Source: a virus
Lineage: Duplodnaviria; Caudoviricetes
Virus record (IMG/VR): IMGVR_UViG_3300006329_000017
Span: 1-59,021 of that record
Strand: one strand, 5' to 3'
DNA length: 59,021 nt
The first letter of the stretch is position 1, and each line of letters begins with the position of its first letter. The translations under genes were made by a program, and so were the position numbers. Positions 45,726 through 55,718 of the stretch are shown here, piece by piece. The notes beneath the pieces were generated by a model. The model did no database searches and had not been told where the DNA came from. It saw only the letters and a list, made by a program, of their open reading frames with translations.

Positions 45726-45924
45726 GATCGTCCCATGGGTCTGCTAGATCTTTGTTGTCAAAAAATGCTTTGTACACACCAAACGTGGTGAGTCCTGCAA
45801 CCAATACAATAAATGAAATTGCAAATGTCACATTGGGATCAGCATTATAATGTGGAATAATTGCATTACACTTAGTCCAAGTACCAGGTAATGTATACAC
45901 TGGTGGGCATGATAAAAAAATCAT
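45715..45924 (-). CDS. psbN: PsbN-like protein with N-terminal extension
   Basis: TM helix followed by GVYKAF..NKDLADPWDDHDD, versus host ALYTAFG...LRDPFEEH(E/G)D. Confidence 0.75.
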   Translation of the reverse strand: MIFLSCPPVYTLPGTWTKCNAIIPHYNADPNVTFAISFIVLVAGLTTFGVYKAFFDNKDLADPWDDHDD

Positions 45925-46214
45925 CTTCTTACTACTGCGGGAACGTCACCGTCACCCTCATCATCTTCGTCATCTTCATCAATCCATGGATCTGATATTT
46001 CCATGCCATTGTTAATACGATTCTGTAATGATGCGTGTAACGGATCTTTGGTGAAGTTAACAACCATTAACTCATCACCATTTTTTACATCCTTTAACTC
46101 AGGATGTACAGGTGTCAACTCTCTCTTCTCTTTGATAAACTTATCATTCCAAAACATCAAAACAAATGCCTGATACAATAAGTATAGAGAACATATCGTA
46201 AATATTATTACCAT
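45921..46214 (-). CDS. DUF2973-like membrane protein
   Basis: N-terminal TM followed by HPELKDVKNGDELMVVNF; TATAAATA at 46220-46227. Confidence 0.65.
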   Translation of the reverse strand: MVIIFTICSLYLLYQAFVLMFWNDKFIKEKRELTPVHPELKDVKNGDELMVVNFTKDPLHASLQNRINNGMEISDPWIDEDDEDDEGDGDVPAVVRR

Positions 46215-46235
46215 TAAAATATTTATATCCTTTGT

Positions 46236-46565
46236 CTAGAAGAGATTAGTCCTTGGTATGTACTCTTTTGCTTTTTGTATGTACGGTAAAACTTCAGTCT
46301 CTACTCTCTCTGCTATTTTATCTATAATATTAACATCAATATGCATAAATGGAGGAATGATTCCCAATATTCTAAGTAAACCATCAACAAACAATGCAAG
46401 GGTAGTGAAACCTAGAATCATACTGATGATAGTTGCTTCTCTATTATGCTTTGCCATTGAGGCTTCATCTATTCTTCTGGCTTCTTCTACTGCTTCCCTG
46501 ATAAGGGCATCAACTTCTGCTTTTGTATAGAATTGTCCTATTCCAGGTATGTCATGTAAATCCAT
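46236..46565 (-). CDS. Membrane protein
   Basis: HNREATIISMILGFTTLALFVDGLLRILGIIPPFM. Confidence 0.75.
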   Translation of the reverse strand: MDLHDIPGIGQFYTKAEVDALIREAVEEARRIDEASMAKHNREATIISMILGFTTLALFVDGLLRILGIIPPFMHIDVNIIDKIAERVETEVLPYIQKAKEYIPRTNLF

Positions 46566-46572
46566 TAGCCTC

Positions 46573-46737
46573 CTATTGCCAGTATTCGTCGAGTCTTTCT
46601 AATACATTCATTAGAATTCTATTAGCAGCTCCACGTTGACGGTCATCCCATTCTGGGTACCACGTTTTGTCATGAAGACCTGTCTTCATCTTCATAATAT
46701 AAGCTGTCATGTTCACTTTGTCAAGCCTTCCGTTCAT
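46573..46737 (-). CDS. Hypothetical protein, 54 aa (below track cutoff)
   Basis: MNGRLDKVNMTAYIMKMKTGLHDKTWYPEWDDRQRGAANRILMNVLERLDEYWQ. Confidence 0.7.
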   Translation of the reverse strand: MNGRLDKVNMTAYIMKMKTGLHDKTWYPEWDDRQRGAANRILMNVLERLDEYWQ

Positions 46738-46768
46738 TTTATACAAATCGTATCCTATTATTTAACAT

Positions 46769-46794
46769 AAAAAAAGACCTCCGAAGAGGTCTTT
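46769..46794 (-). terminator. g23 terminator with UUCG tetraloop
   Basis: AAAGACCTC-TTCG-GAGGTC-TTTTTTT. Confidence 0.9.
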
Positions 46795-46815
46795 GTAAAG
46801 TATATAAGCGATTGC

Positions 46816-48162
46816 TTACATTAAGTTGTCAACAAGAACACGTCTGTAGTAGCGGTTCTTATTAGGATCAAGATCTCCACCGCCTTGGTCTGTGCCTTCC
46901 GCAAATGGGTTAGCAACCATACCGTAACGAGTCTTAAAGCCAATTTTAGGTTGGAATGTATCCTGACCTACGGCTCTGACCATTTGTAGAGGTACATATG
47001 GACAATAGAACAGACCTGCGTCGTATGCTGAACTACCTTTGTATCCTGCAACGTAGAAGTGTCTGTCACTTACGTTTGCTGAATAAGGGTCAACGTACAC
47101 TTTGATGCGTCCGTTTAATGTTCCTGCAAGTGTGGAACTATTGTCATCTGGAAGTAAGTTTGAGTTTCCAGCTAAAGCAGGTGTGTAATCAAGTACACCA
47201 GCCATTGATAGAGCAGAAGCTACGTCTGCAGAACATATTAGAATGTTCCCTTTTCCACGACGAGTTTCATGCCCGATTGCGTTCATGTCTCTTTCGATCT
47301 GGAATAGAAGACCTTTAAACTTCTCAACTGACCATCTACCGTTGGAGTCAACGTCTAGGTCAAATATTCCTGCAGTTGCTGTGTTGTTCTGAGCACCAGG
47401 TCTTGCAACCTTGTATACAGATCTTACAACTTCACGGTTGATTTCAGCAAGAACCTCTGTTGAGAGGATGTTTGCCAATTCTGACTCAGCGTCTAAGCCG
47501 TGAACTGCCTTAAGGTCTTGTGCTAGTTCTAAACTGTACTCAGCTTTGAGTGCTCTGGACTTAGCAGTCACAGTAACTTTCTCAATACTGAAGTTCATTT
47601 CAGCGAACTGGTTACCACTAGCATCACCTAATGCTTCAGCTTCTGCTGTAGGCATTCCGTCTGATGTGTTGTAAGTTCCAGATGCGTTTAGAAGTCCTGG
47701 GTTAGATCCAGACTGTGCTGTTCTACCTAGGTCACTAGCAGCGTTCTCTGCTGAGAACTCTGTGTCTGCTTCGTTAAAGAATGCTTCGGATCCAGCTGTA
47801 CGGTTAGTACCATAGCGTGATCTCATCGCAAAGATAAGACCTGTTGGACCTGTCATTGGTTGTACCCCTGCAATGTCATAAGCAATAAGCTTAGGCATTG
47901 ATCTCCTGATTAGGGAGATTAAAACTGGGTCGAAACCTGCTACAGGACCTGTAGCTGTAGAACTACCACTGAAACCTGCAGTACCAGCAGACATTGTAGG
48001 AGCAGCTTCGTTAAGAACGCCAGCTTCTTCCTTTAAAAATCTTTCTTGGTTTTCTAGCAGGACTGAGGTAACTGCCTTTCTATAACCATCTTTGATATTG
48101 TCTATCTCAGAGTGCTCTAGAATGGGTTTCCACTTTTCCTGCAATGATTCTGAATTAAACAT
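46816..48162 (-). CDS. gp23: Major capsid protein
   Basis: LLENQ, GVQPMTGPTGLIFAMR, KSRALKAEYSLELAQDLKAVHG, FQPKIGFKTRYG. Confidence 0.99.
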   Translation of the reverse strand: MFNSESLQEKWKPILEHSEIDNIKDGYRKAVTSVLLENQERFLKEEAGVLNEAAPTMSAGTAGFSGSSTATGPVAGFDPVLISLIRRSMPKLIAYDIAGVQPMTGPTGLIFAMRSRYGTNRTAGSEAFFNEADTEFSAENAASDLGRTAQSGSNPGLLNASGTYNTSDGMPTAEAEALGDASGNQFAEMNFSIEKVTVTAKSRALKAEYSLELAQDLKAVHGLDAESELANILSTEVLAEINREVVRSVYKVARPGAQNNTATAGIFDLDVDSNGRWSVEKFKGLLFQIERDMNAIGHETRRGKGNILICSADVASALSMAGVLDYTPALAGNSNLLPDDNSSTLAGTLNGRIKVYVDPYSANVSDRHFYVAGYKGSSAYDAGLFYCPYVPLQMVRAVGQDTFQPKIGFKTRYGMVANPFAEGTDQGGGDLDPNKNRYYRRVLVDNLM

Positions 48163-48204
48163 TGCGTTTTTCTCTTGGAAAAAATAGATTTACTTATAAT
48201 AAAA

Positions 48205-49242
48205 TCACCTTGCCCAACGGCTTAGTGCACTAGCGTATGCAGACATTGCATCACCAGTTACTTCGCCACCCTCAATTGCAACGTCATCGGATTTCTCCTC
48301 AGCAGGTGCAGGTTTGGTTGAGAAATAAGACTCTTTAAGAGTATTTACTTTCTCACGGAAGGCTTCTTCATTGTCAAACTCAACAGCTTCAGCAAGAGAG
48401 TGTAGTTTCTCCTTCTGTGTGAGGGAGAGACCCTCGCTCAGCTCATTCACAATCCCATTCTTGATATAGCTGCCGACCTCTTTTGAGAGATCAACATTCT
48501 CTTCGATTTGTTGGTTGAGTTTTTGCTCCATAGTATCGAGTTGCTTAGTCATTTCATCAACTAAGTCAACTTTTTCGTCGGGAAGATCAATATGATTCTC
48601 GACAAAAACTTGTTTGAGACCAGCCATGACAGACTCTGCCATTTCGGTTTTGATTCCGTGCTCAATTGCGAGTTCGTTATCCTTAATCCAAGAATCCACA
48701 TGGTATTTAAGGGTCTCGTCAACCTTTTCTGCAAGCTCGGACTTCATAGTCTCGACTTCTTCTTCTAGGACTTTTGCATAATCAGTATGCATACGCTCTA
48801 GTTCTTCGTTTATACGGGAAACAACTGCTGCTTCGAAGATAGTCTTTGCTTTCTCTTTAAACTCTTCTGATAGGTCTTCACCTTCAGTAAGAGCAGCAAC
48901 GTCAGCAGAGAGATCGATCTCGATAGTTTCAGTTTCCGCAGGTGTTTCAGCAATAACCTCACCTTCAGGTTCTAGACCTGCTTTTACGTCTCCTTTTGTA
49001 CTAAACTCTGCCTTCTGGCCAGAAGCAGCAGATGGTTTTGTTTGAGGAGGTGTAGCAGTAGGACCGCCACCAGTCTTGTACTTATTGGAATCGTCAGTAG
49101 GTTTAGAATTAAATGGTGTAGGACCACCTAAATCTTGAGGACCACCTTGTCCAGGAGTTCCACCTTCACTTTTAGGTTGTGGATCACCAGGTTTGGCGTT
49201 CTTGGTCACTGCATTTTCATCAATAGTTTGTTCATTAGACAT
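48205..49242 (-). CDS. gp22: Prohead core scaffold
   Basis: EEFKEKAKTIFEAAV, LKESYF; TATAAATA at 49285-49292. Confidence 0.93.
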   Translation of the reverse strand: MSNEQTIDENAVTKNAKPGDPQPKSEGGTPGQGGPQDLGGPTPFNSKPTDDSNKYKTGGGPTATPPQTKPSAASGQKAEFSTKGDVKAGLEPEGEVIAETPAETETIEIDLSADVAALTEGEDLSEEFKEKAKTIFEAAVVSRINEELERMHTDYAKVLEEEVETMKSELAEKVDETLKYHVDSWIKDNELAIEHGIKTEMAESVMAGLKQVFVENHIDLPDEKVDLVDEMTKQLDTMEQKLNQQIEENVDLSKEVGSYIKNGIVNELSEGLSLTQKEKLHSLAEAVEFDNEEAFREKVNTLKESYFSTKPAPAEEKSDDVAIEGGEVTGDAMSAYASALSRWAR

Positions 49243-49294
49243 TGTTGTCTCCCTCTGCGTACAATTTTGGTTATTTGCTATAGTTATTTATAAC

Positions 49295-49939
49295 TTATAG
49301 ACTTTTTAAGAATGTATCGAATGCGGAAATCTTTCTTTCCGAGATTTGAGATGCGGCTGCGTTGTTAATTCTGTCCTTAATTGTCTCCAATTTCTGTTCA
49401 GATACACCACTTCCAGTCCAAATCCATTCTTTACCTTCTAAAATACCTTCCACAAATGCGTCAGGTGCTGATGGGTCTGCTACTATATCAGCAGCAGTAG
49501 CTAGTGTGAAGTCATCACACACTACCTTACATCCATTTTGTTCTCTAATAGAACCTAGTCCTCGTGAAGAAACACCAAGTTTGATGCCTTCATCAAGAAG
49601 TTCTTTAGTTACACGTCCCATAGGAGTATCAAGTATGCGTGCTTTGCCCACATAGTTGTTACCTTCTTGTCTAAGAGATGTGATTAAATGTGATACACGA
49701 TCTAAGTTTATGGTAGGTCCTTCTGGATGACCGAGTTCTCCCATTGCACGACCCTTTTTAATATAACCTTCGTTATATTTTTGTACTTCTCTATTAAGAG
49801 TTTCCATTGGATACATGCGTCCGTTACGGTTTTTGATAGCACCCTGTAGAAATACACCTTCGATAAAGGTCTTGCGTTTGCTTCCCTTACCTTCGGTTAT
49901 AACCTTGGTATCATTTATCGTTTCCGTTATCAGTTTCAT
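49295..49939 (-). CDS. gp21: Prohead protease
   Basis: MKLITE, NRNGRMY, GELGHP, GVSSRGLGS, DPSAPDAFV. Confidence 0.96.
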   Translation of the reverse strand: MKLITETINDTKVITEGKGSKRKTFIEGVFLQGAIKNRNGRMYPMETLNREVQKYNEGYIKKGRAMGELGHPEGPTINLDRVSHLITSLRQEGNNYVGKARILDTPMGRVTKELLDEGIKLGVSSRGLGSIREQNGCKVVCDDFTLATAADIVADPSAPDAFVEGILEGKEWIWTGSGVSEQKLETIKDRINNAAASQISERKISAFDTFLKSL

Positions 49940-50207
49940 CTGGGGTTTCCTCAGTTTCTGGTTCATCAGTTGGTTCGACAGAACTTGGAGTTCCATCTGC
50001 TTCCGCATCAACTTCTGCTTTTGGCTCTGTTTCTCCCTCTTCTGGTTTCTCTGGAGTAGGTGTAAACATTTGCTTACCCACTTCTTGTTTCATGGAGTCA
50101 ATAGAGTCCATGGCCAGTTCCTTCATACGGGAATCAACGTAATCACTAAGATCTTTTCCACCACCGAATACGGTGTTAACAATATCAATTGAGCTTTGAG
50201 AAGGCAT
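49911..50207 (-). CDS. Prohead core protein (gp67-like)
   Basis: Small acidic ORF between g20 and g21; late promoter at 50227-50233. Confidence 0.7.
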   Translation of the reverse strand: MPSQSSIDIVNTVFGGGKDLSDYVDSRMKELAMDSIDSMKQEVGKQMFTPTPEKPEEGETEPKAEVDAEADGTPSSVEPTDEPETEETPDETDNGNDK

Positions 50208-50229
50208 AATTATAATCGTATAGTACTAT

Positions 50230-51852
50230 TTAGATATCTCCCTTTTTATAGTCTTTAGGATCCACTCCTGGCTCCTCTTCCACTGGTTCGGGTTCGGGAG
50301 GCATCGCTGCCAATTCCATCTGCATCTTCTCAAGTTGAGCAATTTCTGCGGGTGGAACTACGAGACCAGCTTCGATTTCAGCCTGCATCTGTTCGTCTAT
50401 TTCACCGAATTCAGCATCAGTCTGCTTAAGTATATAGCGTCTCATGTACTCAACACTAAAATACTTACCTACGAAAGGATCCATTTGAGCAAGAAGTGCC
50501 ATCCTTTCGTTCATTACTTCCTTCTCTTTCATTTCAGAGAAGTAGTTGTCAGCAATGAAGTTATATTGGATGTGCTCTTTAAACTCATCCCATTCATCTA
50601 TAGTTATAACACCTTTAAGAATCAATTGAGTCTTAAGGATATCATTAAAGAGATCCGTAAACTTCTTACGCAGTCTTACTATAAATTTCTGGAACTTAAC
50701 TTCGTCTCTAGTGATTTCTGCACTACGTCCGATGTTAAATGAACTTTCGCTTTCTAATCTAGACTCAGGAACATTAAGTGCACGGTAAAGTTTCTTCTGG
50801 AAGTACTTAACATCTTCTAATTCACCTAGGTTTTGTCCACCTGGTAGTGTAGAAATTTCTGTACCCCTTCCACCTTCACGTCTTGGTAACCAGAAGTCCT
50901 CCAACATGGACATGAACTTCTTGTCGTCACGGATTTCTCCTGTGTCTGCATTATATACTAACTTATTCCTATAGCGAGACATAACCTCACGGAGGTATTG
51001 TTCTGCCTTTTGCTTAGGAAGGTTTCCTACATCAATGTAGAAAATTCTTCTTTCAGGTGCACGAGAAAGTCTGTATATAACTAGACTATCCTCAATCATA
51101 CGCAACTGATTAAGTGCTTTAATTGCTTTGTGAAGATGTGAAAGCACATAGTTACGCTGCATATCCATCTGTCCAGAGTGGACGTAGGTAACTGCATCGG
51201 GTGCGATTTTTACACCATTATTCTCGTATCCTTTTAATCCTTTAGGAGAATATATGTAATATTCTACGGACTTAGGTACGATACTTGTAACCTCAGGATC
51301 TACTACTCTCTGTCTATCCTTAGGTTTGTCAAACTCTATAACCTTTTTGATCTTTCTAGGATCAATGTAACGTAGTTCTGTAATTCCAAGAGCAGGATCG
51401 TTAACATCAATCATTTTATGATAAAAAAGTCTTCCGTCGATGTACCATCTACGGAAAATGTCGTATGCTTTTCTATCAAAATCTAATAAAACAAGAACGT
51501 TTTCGAATTCATCCCGAATAACGTTCTTTAGATTCTGACTAATTTTTAAATTTTGGAGGTCAATATCAACAGGGTGATCATTTAGATCTCCTGCTATTGC
51601 TTCGTTTACTACATCGTTAATAGCACTGTCGGCTTCTGGATGCAGAGACATTTCTCTGTATCTTCCTATGAGATCAGCTTCGCTTGCTTTATTAGCAGCG
51701 TCACCCATCTCAACGTACTGACCAAAATAACCACCTGCAACTATTGGACTCGCAGCGTCTTCTGATTCTTTACGCACAAAAGAAGGCTGGGTTCCCTTTC
51801 CAGGAGCCTTAGCCTTCTTTCTATCAAGCGAATAACCAAATAATTGAGACAT
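50230..51852 (-). CDS. gp20: Portal protein
   Basis: RRWYIDGR, YRLSRAPERRIFYIDVGNLP, EDFWLPRREGGRGTEI. Confidence 0.98.
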   Translation of the reverse strand: MSQLFGYSLDRKKAKAPGKGTQPSFVRKESEDAASPIVAGGYFGQYVEMGDAANKASEADLIGRYREMSLHPEADSAINDVVNEAIAGDLNDHPVDIDLQNLKISQNLKNVIRDEFENVLVLLDFDRKAYDIFRRWYIDGRLFYHKMIDVNDPALGITELRYIDPRKIKKVIEFDKPKDRQRVVDPEVTSIVPKSVEYYIYSPKGLKGYENNGVKIAPDAVTYVHSGQMDMQRNYVLSHLHKAIKALNQLRMIEDSLVIYRLSRAPERRIFYIDVGNLPKQKAEQYLREVMSRYRNKLVYNADTGEIRDDKKFMSMLEDFWLPRREGGRGTEISTLPGGQNLGELEDVKYFQKKLYRALNVPESRLESESSFNIGRSAEITRDEVKFQKFIVRLRKKFTDLFNDILKTQLILKGVITIDEWDEFKEHIQYNFIADNYFSEMKEKEVMNERMALLAQMDPFVGKYFSVEYMRRYILKQTDAEFGEIDEQMQAEIEAGLVVPPAEIAQLEKMQMELAAMPPEPEPVEEEPGVDPKDYKKGDI

Positions 51853-51900
51853 CAATATACCCGTTTACTGTATCATAACATATTTATTTAGGGAAGTAAA

Positions 51901-52551
51901 CTATCCGCCTACTGTAGGAGGTGTGTTAGTTGTACTTGTCTCTTCTCCCTTAATTGGTAACCAGTATTGTACTTGGAACTCAACTGTGTACTCTTCTGGA
52001 GTATCATTTGTTCCCCAATCTAGATCCAATGCGGATATGTTTGATGGCCAGATGCCTTCTAGTGTAGCCTGTTTGATGACTTCACCATCTCTCGATAGTT
52101 GATCAACAATTGCTCTACCCATGTACTCACCAGTACTCTGAGCAGAAGATCCATTGATCTTATACTCTTGTATGGTTTGTGCCCATGTTTCCATCTGTTG
52201 TCTAATTGTAAATCCTTCGTCGTTGAGAACAGTTACTGACCATGGTTCGTAAGTTCTGTCTCCTGCGATTTTAAGTTGACGACCTCTAAAAGGTACTTCT
52301 ACAACTCCGATAGTTGATGCAGGGAAACTTGCTGCCTTTACCATGAACTGTGTAAGTTCATCTAAAGAAGTAGTTCCTTGTCCCTCATTGTCTTGAGTGG
52401 ATGTTACTAAAGCATCATTTACTGGTTGTAGTGGTGTTAGCTGAGTCTTAGGTAAGTAGATACTAACCTGAAACAGGTTAGGTCTTGCCATTTCAGCAAA
52501 CTTACCTCTAAATTGATCAATCGACTTAGCGTATGGTGCGGTTGTTGCCAT
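51901..52551 (-). CDS. gp19: Tail tube protein
   Basis: ARPNLF, PFRGRQLKIAGDRT, W.VTVLND. Confidence 0.95.
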   Translation of the reverse strand: MATTAPYAKSIDQFRGKFAEMARPNLFQVSIYLPKTQLTPLQPVNDALVTSTQDNEGQGTTSLDELTQFMVKAASFPASTIGVVEVPFRGRQLKIAGDRTYEPWSVTVLNDEGFTIRQQMETWAQTIQEYKINGSSAQSTGEYMGRAIVDQLSRDGEVIKQATLEGIWPSNISALDLDWGTNDTPEEYTVEFQVQYWLPIKGEETSTTNTPPTVGG

Positions 52552-52584
52552 TGCTATTTACTCCTGATAAGTTAAACGGGTTAA

Positions 52585-55383
52585 TTAAGATACGATTTCA
52601 GAGAAACTAGCACCTGTTCTAGTTGCAGTGAATTGTAGTGTGATAAAGTTAATAGACCTTGTAGGCTTAACAAATATCTCTGCGAAGAATTCTCCACGGT
52701 CAATAGCATCAGGTGGGTTGTTGCTACTGTCACAAACAACTAAGAAATCAACGATTCCTCTTCTTGATTGTACTCCACGAAGGAAAGGATTAACTATATT
52801 TTTAAATCCTTGTCTGGTGAACTCATCATTCATCTCGAATAACTGACTCTTAGCAGCTACTGAGATTGCTCTCTCAATCACTAAGAACAGACGACGAACA
52901 TTGATTCTATCGAATGCACTTGCTATTCCTTGTGCAGTTTTGTCTCCGTAAAGGATGACTCCTTGTCCAGGGAATGAGCAGATTGGGTTGATACGAGCAG
53001 AATATAAACGATCTCTGTGATCTTTTAGAGGTGAGTATGCTAATTTAATAGCGTTTCTCAATTGTCCTCTGTTAAATCCTGCAGGTGAGAACCATGCTTC
53101 TTGGTTAAGAGCAGTGCTCAATGTTAGACCTGCAACGTCAGCATTACATGGTAAGTATCTATATTTATCGTTGTACTTGTCATAAACATACTTATAGTTA
53201 TTATCAAACACACCGTATGATGTGGAAGATAATGCTTCGAAGAACTCAATTACTCTATCTACGATAGTATTAACTGAAGGAACTCCGATCACTCTATCTC
53301 TAGGAGGAGATATGAATGCCATGCAGTCCTTACGAGTAGCAGCAAGGTCAAGCATCTTCTGTGCTTTTGCTGTGCTATCTGTTAGGTTACTCATTGCAGG
53401 ACCTTGGAGAATGTAATCAATCTCTTCTGTCTCTGCGTCAGAGTATAAGTCGTAAGAATCGAATAACTTATCCTTCTCTAGTGTGTATCCATCTACTCCA
53501 CCACGAAGACTGTACTTAACAGTAGAAGAATTGTAAGTGTATAGTAGAGGAATTGCTACTGGGTTTGCACCAGTTGGATCATCCTGTGACTTAAGAGAAT
53601 AAGTGTTCTTAAGTAAATCATACTTGCGGTTAGTAACTGCATTACCAATGTCACCTGTAACGTTAGTGTCAACATCAAATACAGTATTCGCTTCGTGTGA
53701 ACCCCACCAGATATATCTGGAGTTTTGCTTGATAACATCCTTATAATAGATGTTAGCACCTTGAGGTGACTTAGCGTCAGATCCCTTAGATACATCTAAG
53801 AATTTCTCAAGAATAGAACCAGGAACTCCTGTGATACCACCGTCACCATCGATGACTAGGATATGCATTAGGTCTCTGAATCCACCACGGTCTGATGCGA
53901 ACTCAGAAGTACCAGGTCTAGGAGCAATTGCTGACCATTTCTGGTTAGGACCATAGAAGCGAGAAATATACTCTTGCTCTATTCCTACGATACTTACGTT
54001 ATCACCATCGTTCTCTCCAGATGTAACTGTAGAAGAATCCTTAATAACTTGGTTTGCTGCAAAGTTTGTTGATCCTTCGCTGTGTGCAACAGTCAAACGA
54101 CGTTGTATTTTCTCCACAACTGCAGAGTCACCTGTAGCAGAACCAGGAGATCCACCACTGTTTGCTAGTTCTGTGAATGTATCACCAACTTCTAGGTAGT
54201 CAGAACCAGTGTCATCAACTGTTAACTCAATCTTACGAGAAGAAGCATCATAAGCAATGATCTTACCAGTAACGTTACCTGCAACAGCAGTGTAGAAGTT
54301 ATCTGCTTCGAATCCACCAACGAGGTTGGAACCTGCTTCGAAGGTTACGATCATAGAGTAACTAAAGACTTTAGAATATGTGTTAGTAGCACTTACGCTA
54401 ACACCAGATCCTGCTGTAAATTTCCACTCATTACCTGATGAAGGTGAGGATAACCAAAGTACTTGGTCAGGACCTGCGTCAGTAGCAACAACACGGATAG
54501 AGTTTCCGTAAACACCAGGAGTTCTTGCTGCCCATTTCCAGTTATTTGCTGCCTCTTCCGTAACAGCTTCGTAAGTAGAAATGTTCTTAATGATAGGTGG
54601 CGTAACACCTGTGGAAGTCTCTTCGTTGATTGTTGTCTTATTAACTGTAACTGTCTGAAGTGTTACCGCACTTCCGTTAGTATGAGCAGCAGCAGTTGTT
54701 CCAAGAGCACCACGAGTAACGGTTAGGTCATTTGTTGCAATAGCAGTGACCTGTAAAATCTCAGAGTCGATCAAGATGTAACTGTTATTCTGTACACCTA
54801 AGGTAGCAGCAGAAGTAACTGTTAAAGTTGTATCTGAATCACTGTAAGTACCACCTTCATTAACTGTAGAAGCAGTACCTGCAGGTTCGATCAATGCGAT
54901 TTGAGAAGATGCAGCGTGAGATACAGCAGATGTGCTCCATGCTCCACGAGTAACAGTAATGTCTAGACCAGAGATAGCAGTAATCTTAAGAATTTCAGCA
55001 TCGATTTTAAGATAATCGTTAACATCAAATCCAGTTGCAGATGTAACTGTTAGAGTTGTATCTGTAGCGTCGAATGTTGTCTGTGTGATTTGAGTAGCGT
55101 CAATAGCATTCTTTAGAGATGCATTGTCGGCACGCACTACTTTGACAGATCCACCGTATAGTAGGAACTGTGCAACTGCGAACCAATACTCATAGTTGTA
55201 ATCATTTGGTTTACCAAATGTAGCAATTAGTTCTCGTTCTGAAGAAATTGTCTGAACCTCTTCTACAGGTCCTTTCTCAAATGCACCTGCTATAGCAGCT
55301 ACATTATCCACCGTTGCATTGGTGGTATGAGACAGATCTCTTTCTAGTACGACAACACCTGGTGATGCTTGTGTTGATGCCAT
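52585..55383 (-). CDS. gp18: Tail sheath protein (932 aa, with inserted repeats)
   Basis: SPGVVVLE, WFSPAG..RG, GDKT, FDRINVRRLF, KPTRSINFI; AATAAATA at 55424-55431. Confidence 0.97.
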   Translation of the reverse strand: MASTQASPGVVVLERDLSHTTNATVDNVAAIAGAFEKGPVEEVQTISSERELIATFGKPNDYNYEYWFAVAQFLLYGGSVKVVRADNASLKNAIDATQITQTTFDATDTTLTVTSATGFDVNDYLKIDAEILKITAISGLDITVTRGAWSTSAVSHAASSQIALIEPAGTASTVNEGGTYSDSDTTLTVTSAATLGVQNNSYILIDSEILQVTAIATNDLTVTRGALGTTAAAHTNGSAVTLQTVTVNKTTINEETSTGVTPPIIKNISTYEAVTEEAANNWKWAARTPGVYGNSIRVVATDAGPDQVLWLSSPSSGNEWKFTAGSGVSVSATNTYSKVFSYSMIVTFEAGSNLVGGFEADNFYTAVAGNVTGKIIAYDASSRKIELTVDDTGSDYLEVGDTFTELANSGGSPGSATGDSAVVEKIQRRLTVAHSEGSTNFAANQVIKDSSTVTSGENDGDNVSIVGIEQEYISRFYGPNQKWSAIAPRPGTSEFASDRGGFRDLMHILVIDGDGGITGVPGSILEKFLDVSKGSDAKSPQGANIYYKDVIKQNSRYIWWGSHEANTVFDVDTNVTGDIGNAVTNRKYDLLKNTYSLKSQDDPTGANPVAIPLLYTYNSSTVKYSLRGGVDGYTLEKDKLFDSYDLYSDAETEEIDYILQGPAMSNLTDSTAKAQKMLDLAATRKDCMAFISPPRDRVIGVPSVNTIVDRVIEFFEALSSTSYGVFDNNYKYVYDKYNDKYRYLPCNADVAGLTLSTALNQEAWFSPAGFNRGQLRNAIKLAYSPLKDHRDRLYSARINPICSFPGQGVILYGDKTAQGIASAFDRINVRRLFLVIERAISVAAKSQLFEMNDEFTRQGFKNIVNPFLRGVQSRRGIVDFLVVCDSSNNPPDAIDRGEFFAEIFVKPTRSINFITLQFTATRTGASFSEIVS
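54655..55074 (-). repeat. Tandem ~63-aa domain duplication inside gp18
   Basis: DTTLTVTSA...Y..ID.EIL..TAI...D.TVTRGA..T.A..H...S occurs twice (aa 104-165 and 180-243). Confidence 0.85.
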
Positions 55384-55466
55384 CTTTAATATCTCCTTGT
55401 GGTCATTACTTGGATGCTTTAATTATTTATTAAAAGGTGTTTTTCCACGGGGAAACTTAGCGGAAA

Positions 55467-55718
55467 CTACCAGTCTGGATAATCTGCTAGGTAAGGAGGT
55501 AAAGGTCTAGGTCTTCTTTTATTCTTTGTAACTCTAGTTATAGTACAGACTTTACACTCATACGAAAAAGCAGAGGGTGTTGCACCTCTGTCTTTACGGG
55601 TCATATAATAATCTTCTAATAAGTTCTTATCTAATCCACATGTCTTACATCTTCTCTCTTTAAATAATAAATGTTCTAACTCAATCTGGGTCTGTATATC
55701 AGTATATGCTTCCATCAT
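55467..55718 (-). CDS. Small zinc-finger protein (CxxC...CxxC)
   Basis: RRCKTCG...SYECKVC; ATGA overlap with g17. Confidence 0.75.
   Translation of the reverse strand: MMEAYTDIQTQIELEHLLFKERRCKTCGLDKNLLEDYYMTRKDRGATPSAFSYECKVCTITRVTKNKRRPRPLPPYLADYPDW

Noticed and set aside
55467-55718. Homing endonuclease between g17 and g18
   Set aside because: Only a CxxC/CxxC zinc finger in ~83 aa; no catalytic HNH or EndoVII core visible.
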